Source of the DNA: Longimicrobiales bacterium
GTDB taxonomy: Bacteria > Gemmatimonadota > Gemmatimonadetes > Longimicrobiales > Gaopeijiaceae
Direction of reading: 5' to 3'
Assembly (NCBI GenBank): GCA_965202805.1
Contig: OZ241869.1
Location: 1,344,001 to 1,408,000, forward strand
DNA length: 64,000 bases
Shown here: piece by piece, positions 9,105-18,613 of the stretch
Layout of the letters: each line of letters starts with the position of its first letter
How positions within the stretch are numbered: position 1 is the stretch's first letter
Made by a program: the position numbers and the translations under genes
Notes under the pieces: model-generated
Database searches by the model: none
The model's input: the letters and a program-made list of their open reading frames with translations, nothing else
Told to the model about the DNA's origin: nothing

Positions 9105-12100
9105 CTAGAAGGTGACCCTCATGCCGGCGGTGATCGTCCTCCGCTGCCCGAGGAACTGCGGTCGGTCGAAGAAGGTGGAATCCGTGTTGGTTCCCACCGT
9201 GTTCCCCGCCCGGCGGCGGCTCTGGTCCTCGGCGCCGTCGGTGCACTTCCCGGTCGACTCGTAGACCTGAATGCAGTTTGCGCGGTCGGTCAGGTTGTTG
9301 ACGTTGACAAAGAACCCATAGCGGACGTTGTTGATGGTCCAGTCTTTGCGCGCCTGCATGTTGAGGGTCATGAGCATGGGCGCCCGTCCGCTGTAGCGGT
9401 CGAACTGGTTGAGTTCGCCGAAGCCCGCAAACGACAACGTGGGCGTGTACGGCAATCCGCTCGAAGCGGAGAAGATCACGGAGAGGTTGGTGTTGGCGAG
9501 CAGGTCGCCGAACGGGATGTCGGGCACGTCGTCGCGCACCGCGAGCCGGAAGACGCCGGTGAACTTGTGGGGCTGGTCGATCTCGCATGGGATCTCGTCC
9601 CGAACGAAGGGATCGCCCTCCTCCGTCTGGGCCTCGAATTCCCGCTCCGGGTCGGCCGCATTCGTGCGGCAGGCCGAGAGACCGTAGTTGACGTCGAAAC
9701 CCCAGTAGTTCTCCACACGCCGGCGCAGCGCGACCTCAATTCCCCGCGTGGTCGCGAAGTCCTGGTTCGTGAGGATGGCGTAGTCGAGCGCCGAGAAACC
9801 GTAAGTGGCGCCCGGATCGATCACCAGGTAGGGTTGGCGGCCGACGCGAGCGACGCCGGTCAGGCCGCTCTGGTCCTTCGAGAAGATGACCGCCGAGAGC
9901 GCGTACTGGCCGTCGATCTCCTGCGAGTATCCGATCTCGTAGGTCGTTGCCTGTTCGGTGACCAGGTGCGGGTTGCCGAGGAAGGGCGTAGTGCCCGCGG
10001 AAGCGTTCACGAAGATAGCGGGTCCGGCGCTGGTCCCCTCCCGCGCCGTGCCGATGCCCGAGTTCCTGTAGTTGTTGATCAGGATCGGGTTCTGCGAGAG
10101 ACGCTGGAAGTTCAGGAACAGGCTCGAGCTCTCCGTAACGGGGAAGCTCACGCCGATCCGGGGGGAGAACTGCGAGCGGGTATCGGCCTCCGAGAAGTCG
10201 TCGGAAGATGCGATGCGCGTGGCTTCGTCGCGGACCTCGAAGGTGCAGCCGGCCAGCGTCCAGCTCGGATCGGCCGAAACGGTGGACGTGCTGAAGGTTT
10301 CGGTGGCCGGGTCGTATTCGCGAACCGAGACGTTCTGCCACTGCGACGGGTTGCTGCATACATCGAGCGCGGTGGTGCCGTTGGTCGGGTCGACGGGGTT
10401 GGCGAAGAAGAGCCCGGTCGCTCTCCCGTAGTCGAAGCGCGCGCCCAGCTTGAGCGTCAGGAAATCGTATTCGATCTGATCCTGGATGTAGACGGCTCCG
10501 TCCCAGGGCTGGGCTTCGAAGAGCTGATGCAGCTTGACGACGTCGTTCACGCCCACGTCCTGCCATTCGTCGTAGGTCAGGTCGTGGCCCTGGTAGAACA
10601 CGCCGCCGGAGATGTTGTGGTTGTCGGAGACCTGCGACTGGAAGTCGAAGCGCCCGGTCGTCGTCAGGACGCTTTCGCCTCCCCAGAAGGCATCGGTCCC
10701 GGCGGTCGGCGTGTTGCTGTACACGGCGGGCCCCGGAGCGACGAACCCCCCGTTGAAGTTGGGGTCTTCGTAGTGGTTCTCGAGGCAGACGCCGCTGACG
10801 ACGTTGCAGGTCTCGCGGCTCTGGTCGAAGCGCCCCACGGTGATCTTGTAGGCGGAGCGCCCGAAGGTGTGGTCCCAGCGCGCGATCAACAGGTTGCGGT
10901 CCAGCCGGAGCGAGTTCTGAGCCAGGTTCTGGTAGTCCAGCGTCCGCGGCCGCGCGAGGTAGTAGGCGCTGTCGGTGGCGGTGGTCATGTATTCGAGCGG
11001 GTTGACGGCGAGGGTCCAGTCGAAATCGAAGGGCTTGAACTCGCGCTCGTACCCCGCCCAGGAGACGTTCAGCTTGGCCGCCGGGGTCGCGTAGTAGGTG
11101 AGCTTGGCGTAGCCGTCCCGGACCTCGTCGAATCCGGTCGACCGCCAGCCGGGGATGACGTCGTTGGCGTCGGGCGTGTTGAACTCGGTGGACGGGTTCG
11201 ACGGGTCGAAGACGTCGTCGTCGAACTCGTACGCACGGGCCGCCCCGTACCTCTGCCTGCCGGCGATGAGGAAGCGCAGGTTGTCGCCGGTCATGGGGAT
11301 GGGCCCGGAGATGACGCCCTCGAACATGTCGAACCCGCGGGTCTGGTCGTACTGGTTGCCCAGCCATCCACCCACCTGGGAGGACCGGAATTCAAGCTCG
11401 CCCTGGAGTTCGTCGCTACCCTCGGGCGTGGCGTAGTTGACGACTCCCGAGAGGGCGTTTCCGTACTGCACGTCCAGCTGCCCGGTGAAGATCGCCACCT
11501 GCTCGATGGCCTTGTTGGTGATGTCGAAGGCCGGGCCGCCGAGCGCGAAGTTGTTGATCGGGATGCCGTCGATCATGACCGTGGTCTCGGCTCCGCGGCC
11601 GCCGCGGATGCGCAGGGCCGTAACCCCCTGCCTCTGCTGCGCGAAGGAGACCACGGTGGTGTTGTCCTCCGGAACCTGCAGGAAGCCCTGCTCCAGCTCG
11701 AGCACGCCCATGATGTCGGTCACCGGCAGCGCGTCGATCTCGTCCTTGGAGATCATCTCGAGCGAACCGGTCTGGCCCTCCACCACCAGCGGAGTGCGAC
11801 TGGTGGAGACCACGACCTCACCCAGTGCGATGGCCTCGGTGGCCAACTGGAAGTTCTGCTGCACCGTGACGTCGATGGAGACGGCGACGTTCTCCCGCCG
11901 CTCGCTGGCGTAGCCGATGAGTTCCGCGACCAGCGTGTACGTGCCGGGGGGAACGTTGATGATGAAAAAGCGCCCGTTTTCCTGGGTCAGCGACCCGCGT
12001 CCGGTTCCGTCGAGGAAGACCGAAACGTTGGCAAGGGGCTCGCCGGTGGCCTGATCCGTGACCACGCCGGTCATTTTTCCGGTCTGGGCGGCTGCGGGCG

Positions 12101-12170
12101 CGGCGGAGAGCAGAACCGCCGCCACGGCGACCCCGAGCAGTGCCGGGATCGTGGACAGAATACGTGTCAT
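9105..12170 (-). CDS. TonB-dependent receptor with N-terminal carboxypeptidase-regulatory-like domain
   Basis: Signal peptide AAA-Q; GKMTGVVTDQATGEPL domain; plug motifs IRGGRG, IDGIPI, YGNALSGVVN; VNNLTD and terminal Phe; AAGGAGG RBS before ATG 12170. Confidence 0.95.
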   Translation of the reverse strand: MTRILSTIPALLGVAVAAVLLSAAPAAAQTGKMTGVVTDQATGEPLANVSVFLDGTGRGSLTQENGRFFIINVPPGTYTLVAELIGYASERRENVAVSIDVTVQQNFQLATEAIALGEVVVSTSRTPLVVEGQTGSLEMISKDEIDALPVTDIMGVLELEQGFLQVPEDNTTVVSFAQQRQGVTALRIRGGRGAETTVMIDGIPINNFALGGPAFDITNKAIEQVAIFTGQLDVQYGNALSGVVNYATPEGSDELQGELEFRSSQVGGWLGNQYDQTRGFDMFEGVISGPIPMTGDNLRFLIAGRQRYGAARAYEFDDDVFDPSNPSTEFNTPDANDVIPGWRSTGFDEVRDGYAKLTYYATPAAKLNVSWAGYEREFKPFDFDWTLAVNPLEYMTTATDSAYYLARPRTLDYQNLAQNSLRLDRNLLIARWDHTFGRSAYKITVGRFDQSRETCNVVSGVCLENHYEDPNFNGGFVAPGPAVYSNTPTAGTDAFWGGESVLTTTGRFDFQSQVSDNHNISGGVFYQGHDLTYDEWQDVGVNDVVKLHQLFEAQPWDGAVYIQDQIEYDFLTLKLGARFDYGRATGLFFANPVDPTNGTTALDVCSNPSQWQNVSVREYDPATETFSTSTVSADPSWTLAGCTFEVRDEATRIASSDDFSEADTRSQFSPRIGVSFPVTESSSLFLNFQRLSQNPILINNYRNSGIGTAREGTSAGPAIFVNASAGTTPFLGNPHLVTEQATTYEIGYSQEIDGQYALSAVIFSKDQSGLTGVARVGRQPYLVIDPGATYGFSALDYAILTNQDFATTRGIEVALRRRVENYWGFDVNYGLSACRTNAADPEREFEAQTEEGDPFVRDEIPCEIDQPHKFTGVFRLAVRDDVPDIPFGDLLANTNLSVIFSASSGLPYTPTLSFAGFGELNQFDRYSGRAPMLMTLNMQARKDWTINNVRYGFFVNVNNLTDRANCIQVYESTGKCTDGAEDQSRRRAGNTVGTNTDSTFFDRPQFLGQRRTITAGMRVTF

Positions 12171-12190
12171 GGTTGCCTCCTTTAACCAGC

Positions 12191-12224
12191 GAAAAGCGGG
12201 CGCCGCCTGACAGGCGCGCCCGCT
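12191..12224 (-). terminator. Terminator-like hairpin inside the 5' leader, just upstream of the receptor RBS
   Basis: Minus strand AGCGGGCGCGCCT-GTC-AGGCGGCGCCCGCT (13 bp, one bulge) then TTTC; short U tract. Confidence 0.45.
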
Positions 12225-12464
12225 CCCGAAGCGCTGACACGAACGATTGATATTCGTGTCAGGGCGTTTCGAATTCGTTATGGGGTTGTTGGAAGATGTC
12301 GACCGAACGATGGATTGTGTCACAGGCAACCTCCATGGTTGAGAGTGCACTCGCAAAAGTGCGTCCGAACCATGTACAGGACGGCCGGCGACCTGCTCCC
12401 CAACCCTTTTTCGGTACTCCCCCCACCAAGTCGCTGACCTCGGTACGTCAGCCCGGATTTGAGC

Positions 12465-12492
12465 ATTGTAACACAGCCGCCAAGGGTTGCAA
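12465..12492 (-). promoter_or_regulatory. Putative sigma-70 promoter of the TonB receptor operon
   Basis: TTGCAA-16 nt-TACAAT with extended TGn before the -10. Confidence 0.55.
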
Positions 12493-12640
12493 AGGGGTGT
12501 CCCGGCCCGGGATCCGGGACGCGCGAGGCGGGGTATCTGCAGTTGGGATCGGCGGAATGCGACGAGATCGCGGTTACCTTCTCGTTACATAAGCCTGATC
12601 GGACCGTGACAATCATGCTTCCCGCGAAGCCAGCCCCCGG

Positions 12641-14776
12641 ATGAACATGAGAGCTTTTGCTTCGGCAATTCGAGCGATGCTCGCGGTGCCGGCGGTGTCG
12701 TGGAGCCTGCTGGCGTCGGGAGCGCTTGCCTGCGGCCTCATGTGGGGGTCCTGGCAAAACCTTTGCGGCGACTGCCCGTCCATCGCCCAGATCCACAACT
12801 GGGAGCCCCGGCAGACCTCGAAACTGCTCGCCCGCGACGGCCGCATCATCTCGGAGTTCGGCATCCAGCGCCGTACCCCGGTGGCCATCGGTTCCCTGCC
12901 CGCCTATGTCCCGGGAGCCTTCGTCGCGGTGGAGGACAAGCGCTTCTACAGCCACGGCGGCGTGGACCCGATAGGCATAACGCGTGCCCTGCGCGACCTC
13001 GTCCTCACCCGATCCCTGGAGCACGGCGGCGGAAGCACGCTGACCCAGCAGCTGGCGCGCAACATATGGGACGAGGACATCGGCTTCGAAAAGCGGCTCG
13101 TACGCAAGCTCAAGGAGGCGCAGGTGGCGCTGGAGCTCGAGCGCGCCTATACGAAGGACCAGATTCTCGAAGCCTACATGAACCAGGTGAACTACGACGG
13201 CGTGTATGGCATCGAGGCGGCCGCCCGCAAGTATTTCGGCAAGCCGGCGACGCAGATAAACCCGGCGGAGGCCGCGCTCCTTGCGGCGATTCCGAACCGT
13301 CCGCGCCGCTACAACCCCTTCCTCAACCCGGAAGAGGCGGGATTGCGGCGCGATCTGGTTCTGCGCCGAATGGCCGAGCAGGAGATCATCAGCCCGGCGG
13401 AGCTGGAACGGTGGTCGGCGGTCCCGCTGCCGACGCCCGGCACCCGCAGCGGAGGCCCGGTAGCGCCCTACTTCGAGGAATGGATCAGGCAGATCCTGGA
13501 CGACCGCTACGGCAGCCAGCTGTACACGGCGGGCCTCGAAATCCAGACCACGCTCGACCTGGACATGCAGTTCCTGGCCGAGCGGGCCATGGAGTGGGGA
13601 TTCGGGCGCATCGAGGCACGGCCCGGGTTCGGTCATCCGCTGTACGGGGAGTTCGCCGAAGCCACCGAGGCCTTCGAGACCCCGTACGTCCAGGGGGCGA
13701 TGATTGTCCTGGAGCCTTCGACCGGCGAGGTGCTCGCGATGGTGGGCGGCCGGGATTTCGTCCACTCCAAGTTCAACCGCGCAACCCAGGCCATGCGCCA
13801 GCCGGGCTCGTCGTTCAAGCCCTTCGTCTACGCGGCGGCGGTCGAGAGCGGCATCCCGCCCTCGCACGTGGTGGTCGACGCGCCCTTCGCCTACATGCAG
13901 GTAAGCGGCGAGCCCTGGCTGCCCCAGAACTTCGACGAGATCTTCAAGGGGCGCATGACCATCCGACAGGGATTGCGGGAATCGCGCAACATGATCGCCA
14001 TCCGGCTCGGATGGGACGACGTGGGTATCGAGACCGTCGCCCAGATGGCCACCCGTCTCGGCCTGAGCAGCGACATCCCGCGCTTCCCCTCGACCACCAT
14101 CGGCTCGGCAGAGGTGCTTCCCATCGACATGGCCAAGGCGTACGCGTCCTTCGCCACCCTGGGTACGCGGGTCGAGCCCCACGGCATCCTGCGGGTGGAG
14201 AACTCCGCGGGCGAGGTACTCTGGGAGCCGCAGCCCGAGAAGACGCCGGTGATGGACAGCCTGGAAGCGCGGGTCATCGTGCACATGCTGGAGGACGTGG
14301 TCGCGGCTGGAACCGGCTACCTGGCGATCCGCGTGGTCGCCGGGCTTTCGCACGACGTTCCCGCAGCCGGCAAGACCGGCACCACCAACAACTCGACGGA
14401 TGCGTGGTTCAACGGGTTCACACCCGACCTGCACGCGCTCGTCTGGTACGGGATGGACCAGCCGCAGGAGATCCGCCCGGGATCCACCGGCGGCGGGGAC
14501 GCGGCTCCGGTGTGGGGCACCTTCATGCGCAGCGTCTACTACGGGTGGGAGGGTGACGAGACCCACCCCGACATCCCCCCGCTGCGGGAAATCCCCGCGC
14601 GCTGGCCGCTGCCGGAGACCCTCATCCGGCTCCAGGTGGACAACAAGACGGGTTTGCTGGCGTCGGAGTGGTGTCCGGAAGTCCAGCGCTACCAGGAGAT
14701 CTTCATTCCGGGCACGGAGCCGACCGAGCCCTGTGACGCCTCGCGGATCTTCGGCGGCGTGCCGGAGCCTCGCTGA
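12641..14776 (+). CDS. mrcA: Class A penicillin-binding protein (PBP1A family)
   Basis: Transglycosylase motifs EDKRFY.HGGVD, GGSTLTQQL, RKLKE; transpeptidase SSFK, SRN, KTG. Start 12641 or 12647. Confidence 0.93.
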   Translation: MNMRAFASAIRAMLAVPAVSWSLLASGALACGLMWGSWQNLCGDCPSIAQIHNWEPRQTSKLLARDGRIISEFGIQRRTPVAIGSLPAYVPGAFVAVEDKRFYSHGGVDPIGITRALRDLVLTRSLEHGGGSTLTQQLARNIWDEDIGFEKRLVRKLKEAQVALELERAYTKDQILEAYMNQVNYDGVYGIEAAARKYFGKPATQINPAEAALLAAIPNRPRRYNPFLNPEEAGLRRDLVLRRMAEQEIISPAELERWSAVPLPTPGTRSGGPVAPYFEEWIRQILDDRYGSQLYTAGLEIQTTLDLDMQFLAERAMEWGFGRIEARPGFGHPLYGEFAEATEAFETPYVQGAMIVLEPSTGEVLAMVGGRDFVHSKFNRATQAMRQPGSSFKPFVYAAAVESGIPPSHVVVDAPFAYMQVSGEPWLPQNFDEIFKGRMTIRQGLRESRNMIAIRLGWDDVGIETVAQMATRLGLSSDIPRFPSTTIGSAEVLPIDMAKAYASFATLGTRVEPHGILRVENSAGEVLWEPQPEKTPVMDSLEARVIVHMLEDVVAAGTGYLAIRVVAGLSHDVPAAGKTGTTNNSTDAWFNGFTPDLHALVWYGMDQPQEIRPGSTGGGDAAPVWGTFMRSVYYGWEGDETHPDIPPLREIPARWPLPETLIRLQVDNKTGLLASEWCPEVQRYQEIFIPGTEPTEPCDASRIFGGVPEPR

Positions 14777-14835
14777 CGACCGGTCGCGCCAGCCCCTGCG
14801 ATCCGGTCCTGCGTCGCTTGCCAGGCTGTTGGCGG

Positions 14836-16164
14836 TCAGAGTTGCTCGACCCCGGCGGCGGTTACCCGGTGGGACACCAGCGGCGGCTGTGCCGGGGGCG
14901 GCTCCGGAGCGATCGGGATCGCTCGCTCGAGAATCTTCGAAGCCCTGTCGGCGTCCGAGGGCGAGGCCGCGTAGACGACCCCCAGGGTGCTGCCGGCGGT
15001 CACCTCGTCGCCGACACGGATCTCCAGCCTGAACCCGACTCCCCGGTTGATGGTCGCGCCGAGCCGCGTCCGGCCCCCACCCAACTCGACCACTCCGCGG
15101 CCCAGCGCCCGCGGATCGATGGCCGCCGCGAATCCGCCCGATTGCGCGCGGACATAGCGGCGAACCCGCGCGGAGGGCAGCCTCTCGGGACGATGGATCG
15201 CCCGGGTGTCGCCCCCCTGAAGGGCGACCACGCGCGCGAAGCGTTCCAGCGGACGGCCCGAGTCCAGCGTGGCCGCCGCCTGCGCGCGGGCGCTCGCGGC
15301 ATCGGGCGCCAGACCTCCTGCGACCATCATCTGCGCGACGAGGGCAAGCGTGACCTCCCTGAGATCCGCGGGACCGCCGCCCGCCAGGCAATCCAGCGCC
15401 TCGGCCACCTCCAGCGCGTTGCCGACGGCCCGCCCGAGGGGACGATCCATCGAGGTCACCAGGGCGACGGTCTCGACTCCGGCGCGCATGCCCAGGGTCA
15501 CCATCGTTCGCGCCAGCTCCAGTGCGCGGTCGACCTCGGGAAGGAAGGCGCCGGAGCCCGTCTTCACGTCGAGCACCAGCCCGGTCAGTCCCTCCGCGAG
15601 CTTCTTGCTCATGATGCTGGTCGCGATGAGGGGGATCGACGACACCGTGCCGGTCACCGAGCGAAGATCGTAGAGCCGGCGGTCGAGGGGCGCGATCTCC
15701 GGGGTTTGCCCGATCATCGCGAACCGCTCGTGCTCCACGATCGACACGAAGTCGTCGAGCGCGATGTCGGTGCGGAAGCCCGGGATCGATTCGAGCTTGT
15801 CGAGGGTGCCGCCCGTGTGGCCGAGACCCCGGCCCGACATCATGGGCACGTAGAGCCCGAGTTCCGCGGCCAGCGGAGCCAGAACCAGCGAAACCTTGTC
15901 GCCGACGCCGCCCGTAGAGTGCTTGTCGACCCGGGGGCCGTCGAGATGGGAGAGATCGAGAGAAGCGCCCGAGGCGATCATGGTGTGCAGGACGGCATCC
16001 AGCTCGGTGCCCGAAAGGCCCCGGAACCAGACGGCCATCAGGAAGGCCGCCATCTGATAGTCGGGGACGTCGCCCTCGAGATACGCGCGCAGGAAGGCCT
16101 GCAGCTCTCCGGCCTCCAGGGCCTGGCCGGCGCTCTTGCGCTCGATGATGCGAATCGCGCTCAT
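14836..16164 (-). CDS. pdp: Thymidine/pyrimidine-nucleoside phosphorylase
   Basis: VDKHSTGGVGDK, SGRGLGHTGGTLDKLESIPG, SIMSKKLAEG, DVKTGSGAF. Confidence 0.95.
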   Translation of the reverse strand: MSAIRIIERKSAGQALEAGELQAFLRAYLEGDVPDYQMAAFLMAVWFRGLSGTELDAVLHTMIASGASLDLSHLDGPRVDKHSTGGVGDKVSLVLAPLAAELGLYVPMMSGRGLGHTGGTLDKLESIPGFRTDIALDDFVSIVEHERFAMIGQTPEIAPLDRRLYDLRSVTGTVSSIPLIATSIMSKKLAEGLTGLVLDVKTGSGAFLPEVDRALELARTMVTLGMRAGVETVALVTSMDRPLGRAVGNALEVAEALDCLAGGGPADLREVTLALVAQMMVAGGLAPDAASARAQAAATLDSGRPLERFARVVALQGGDTRAIHRPERLPSARVRRYVRAQSGGFAAAIDPRALGRGVVELGGGRTRLGATINRGVGFRLEIRVGDEVTAGSTLGVVYAASPSDADRASKILERAIPIAPEPPPAQPPLVSHRVTAAGVEQL

Positions 16165-16282
16165 GGGCGACGCGGGTGGTCGACGGCGACCGGAACGGGG
16201 TGCGATGTTGTTGGGGTCATATTGGGGTGACAGGTCGGGCAGAAGCCGGGCAAGGGCTTTCACAAAGGGAGAAACACCTCGC

Positions 16283-16720
16283 ATGCGGGTGCTCGGGATC
16301 GATTATGGCGAACGGCGAACAGGTGTCGCAATCAGCGATCCGACGGGCACCTTCGCCATGCCCCTGACCACCCTCATCCGCCGTCGCGGGAAGCGGCCGC
16401 CCCTGGGCGCCCTCCGGACGCTCGCACGTGATCACGGCGCGACTGCGCTGGTGGTTGGGCTCCCGCTCGCCGCCGACGGGACCGAGACGGAGTGGTGCGC
16501 GGAGGTGCGGCGTTTCGGGGACCGCCTTGGAAGCGGACTGGCACTCAGGGTGTACTATGTCGACGAACGCATGACATCCGCCCGCGCGGAACGGGTCGTG
16601 CGCTCGCTCGCACTGCCCCGGCGCAAGCGGGAGCAGAAGGAACGGGTGGATGCGGCGGCCGCTGCGCTGATTCTGCAGAGGTGGCTGGACGCGGGAGGAA
16701 AGAGCGCCTCAAGTGACTAG
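16283..16720 (+). CDS. ruvX: Holliday junction resolvase-like RuvX/YqgF
   Basis: MRVLGIDYGERRTGVAISD, VVGLP, VDERMTS, VDAAAAALILQ. Confidence 0.93.
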   Translation: MRVLGIDYGERRTGVAISDPTGTFAMPLTTLIRRRGKRPPLGALRTLARDHGATALVVGLPLAADGTETEWCAEVRRFGDRLGSGLALRVYYVDERMTSARAERVVRSLALPRRKREQKERVDAAAAALILQRWLDAGGKSASSD

Positions 16721-17951
16721 ATGGGTGAAGGCCGCGGCGGAGGCCGCCGGATCCGCAACCCGCGCGGCCATTCGGCGGGGCGCGGCCCTGGCGCGGAAGG
16801 CCTGGCATGGGTGGGCGGAAGGCGCTCCGGGCGCCGCAGCCTCGATGCTCCGGCGGGTCGTGGGCGGAGTGGCTGCCGCGACCCGCGCGGCCATTCGGTG
16901 GGGCGCGGCCCTGGGGTGGCAGAAGATCGTGGTGGGATCCGCTGCCGTCGTGATCCTGGTCGCCGGCATGTCGGTGCTGCTGTGGCTGGCGGAGCCGGTC
17001 GATACGCCCGGGGACGCGCCCGCGACCGGCGAGACCGTGGTGTTCACGGTACCGCCGGGCGCCACCTTCGGGCAGATCACCGACGCGCTGGTGGCGCGCG
17101 GACTGATCAGGCGACCCCGGCTCTTCCGCGCCTACGGGCGGCTGCGCCGGGACGAGCGCAACGTTCGCTCCGGCACCTACGCGCTCGCCGCCGGAACCGG
17201 ATGGGCAAGCCTGCTCGACGCCCTGGTCGAGGGCCGGGTCAGGATGGTGGCGGTCACCATTCCCGAAGGTTTCACCCTGCCCCGGATCGCGACCCGCATC
17301 GCCGGCATCACCGAACTCCCCGCCGACACCGTGCGCGTCAGGCTGGGAGGGCAGGAAGCCCACAAACGCTGGAGTCTGCCAGGCCCGGGATTGGAGGGCT
17401 ACCTGTTTCCGGATACCTACCTCTTCGCCGGAGGTGTCCCGCTGGACGCCGTCGTCGAGGCGATGAGCGAGCGCTACCGGGACTACTGGACTCCCGCGCG
17501 GGAGGCCCGGGCCGCGGAACTGGAGCTGTCGGAGCGGGAGGTGGTGACGCTGGCGTCAATCGTCCAGGCGGAGGCGCGCATGTTCGACGAAATGCCGGCG
17601 ATCTCGGCGGTCTACCACAACCGCCTGCGCATCGGCATGCTCCTTCAGGCCGATCCCACCGTGCTGTACGCGCTCGGCGGCCACCGCCCGCGCCTGCTCT
17701 TCGCCGCCATGGACTCGGTGGCCAACCACCCGTACAACACCTACACCCGGGGGGGTCTGCCCCCCGGCCCCATCGGGGCGCCCGGAGCCGCCGCGCTGGA
17801 CGCCGCGCTCCATCCGGCCGAGGCGGACTACCTGTACTTCGTCGCCAACGCCGACGGCTCGCACACCTTTTCGCGCACCCTGGCCGAGCACAACCGCGCC
17901 GTCGCGCGGGCGCGGCGGGCGGCCGCCGGGGCCGGTCCGGGCGGCGGATGA
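16713..17951 (+). CDS. mltG: Endolytic transglycosylase MltG
   Basis: TIPEG, LEGYLFPDTY, LASIVQAE, LQADPTVLY, PYNTY..GLPPGPI, YLYFVA; start uncertain. Confidence 0.93.
   Translation: MTRWVKAAAEAAGSATRAAIRRGAALARKAWHGWAEGAPGAAASMLRRVVGGVAAATRAAIRWGAALGWQKIVVGSAAVVILVAGMSVLLWLAEPVDTPGDAPATGETVVFTVPPGATFGQITDALVARGLIRRPRLFRAYGRLRRDERNVRSGTYALAAGTGWASLLDALVEGRVRMVAVTIPEGFTLPRIATRIAGITELPADTVRVRLGGQEAHKRWSLPGPGLEGYLFPDTYLFAGGVPLDAVVEAMSERYRDYWTPAREARAAELELSEREVVTLASIVQAEARMFDEMPAISAVYHNRLRIGMLLQADPTVLYALGGHRPRLLFAAMDSVANHPYNTYTRGGLPPGPIGAPGAAALDAALHPAEADYLYFVANADGSHTFSRTLAEHNRAVARARRAAAGAGPGGG
16755..16914 (+). repeat. Two copies of a 37-bp sequence in the mltG 5' end
   Basis: 16755-16791 and 16878-16914, 2 mismatches, 123 bp apart, in frame (ATRAAIRRGAAL / ATRAAIRWGAAL). 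Confidence 0.85.
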
Positions 17952-18598
17952 CCGGCGCTCCGGACCGGCTCCGGCGCGCGCTCCGCCTGATGGTGATCAC
18001 CCACCCGCGCCCGGGCTGCGGGCGGCCGCTGGACGAGGTGGTCGAGGAGGTGGTGGCGGCCGGCGCGGGCGCCCTTCAGCTGCGCGACAAGGTGGCGCCG
18101 CCCCGCACGCTCCTCGGTCTGGCCCGCCGGCTGCGTGCCGTCACCGCCCGCCACGGGGCCCTGTTCATCGTCAACGACCGGCTCGACGTCGCCCTGGCGG
18201 CAGGTGCGGACGGCGTCCACCTGGGCCCCGACGATATCCCCGTGGCCGCGGCGCGCCGGGTGGTGCCGGACGGCTTCCTGCTCGGCCACTCGACCGACGA
18301 TCCCGCCGAGGCCCGCCGGGCGGAGGCCGACGGGGCCGACTACCTCGGCTGCGGGACCGTCTTCCCCACCACCAGCAAGGAGGACGCGGGGGCGGTGATC
18401 GGGGTCGGCGGACTCGCCGCCGTGGCGCGCGCGGTCCGCATCCCCGTGCTCGCCATCGGCGGCGTGACCGCCGGCCGCACCCCGCTCCTGGAGAGGAGCG
18501 GGGCGGGCGGGGTGGCGGTCATTTCGGCAGTGATGGCGGCCGACCGGCCGGCGAGCGCCACACGCCGGCTGCGGGAGGCGGTGAAGGGGTGGGGCTGA
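17948..18598 (+). CDS. thiE: Thiamine-phosphate synthase
   Basis: C-terminal part of ORF 16721..18598: LQLRDK, FIVNDRLDVALAAGADGVHLG, FPTTSK, AIGGV; ATGA overlap with mltG stop. Confidence 0.93.
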   Translation: MTGAPDRLRRALRLMVITHPRPGCGRPLDEVVEEVVAAGAGALQLRDKVAPPRTLLGLARRLRAVTARHGALFIVNDRLDVALAAGADGVHLGPDDIPVAAARRVVPDGFLLGHSTDDPAEARRAEADGADYLGCGTVFPTTSKEDAGAVIGVGGLAAVARAVRIPVLAIGGVTAGRTPLLERSGAGGVAVISAVMAADRPASATRRLREAVKGWG

Positions 18599-18613
18599 CG
18601 AGCGCCGCCCCGA

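Noticed and set aside
12343..12362. CIRCE-like GCACTC...AGTGC
   Set aside because: Spacing is too short and the TTA/TAA flanks are missing; better explained as part of the leader hairpin.
9567..15391. Long ORFs 9567..12185 (+) and 12320..15391 (-)
   Set aside because: Antisense to the TonB receptor and PBP1A, no motifs, composition typical of shadow frames.
16721..18598. 625-aa fusion ORF ending in ThiE
   Set aside because: Upstream part is an alternative frame over mltG; real thiE starts at the ATGA overlap at 17948.
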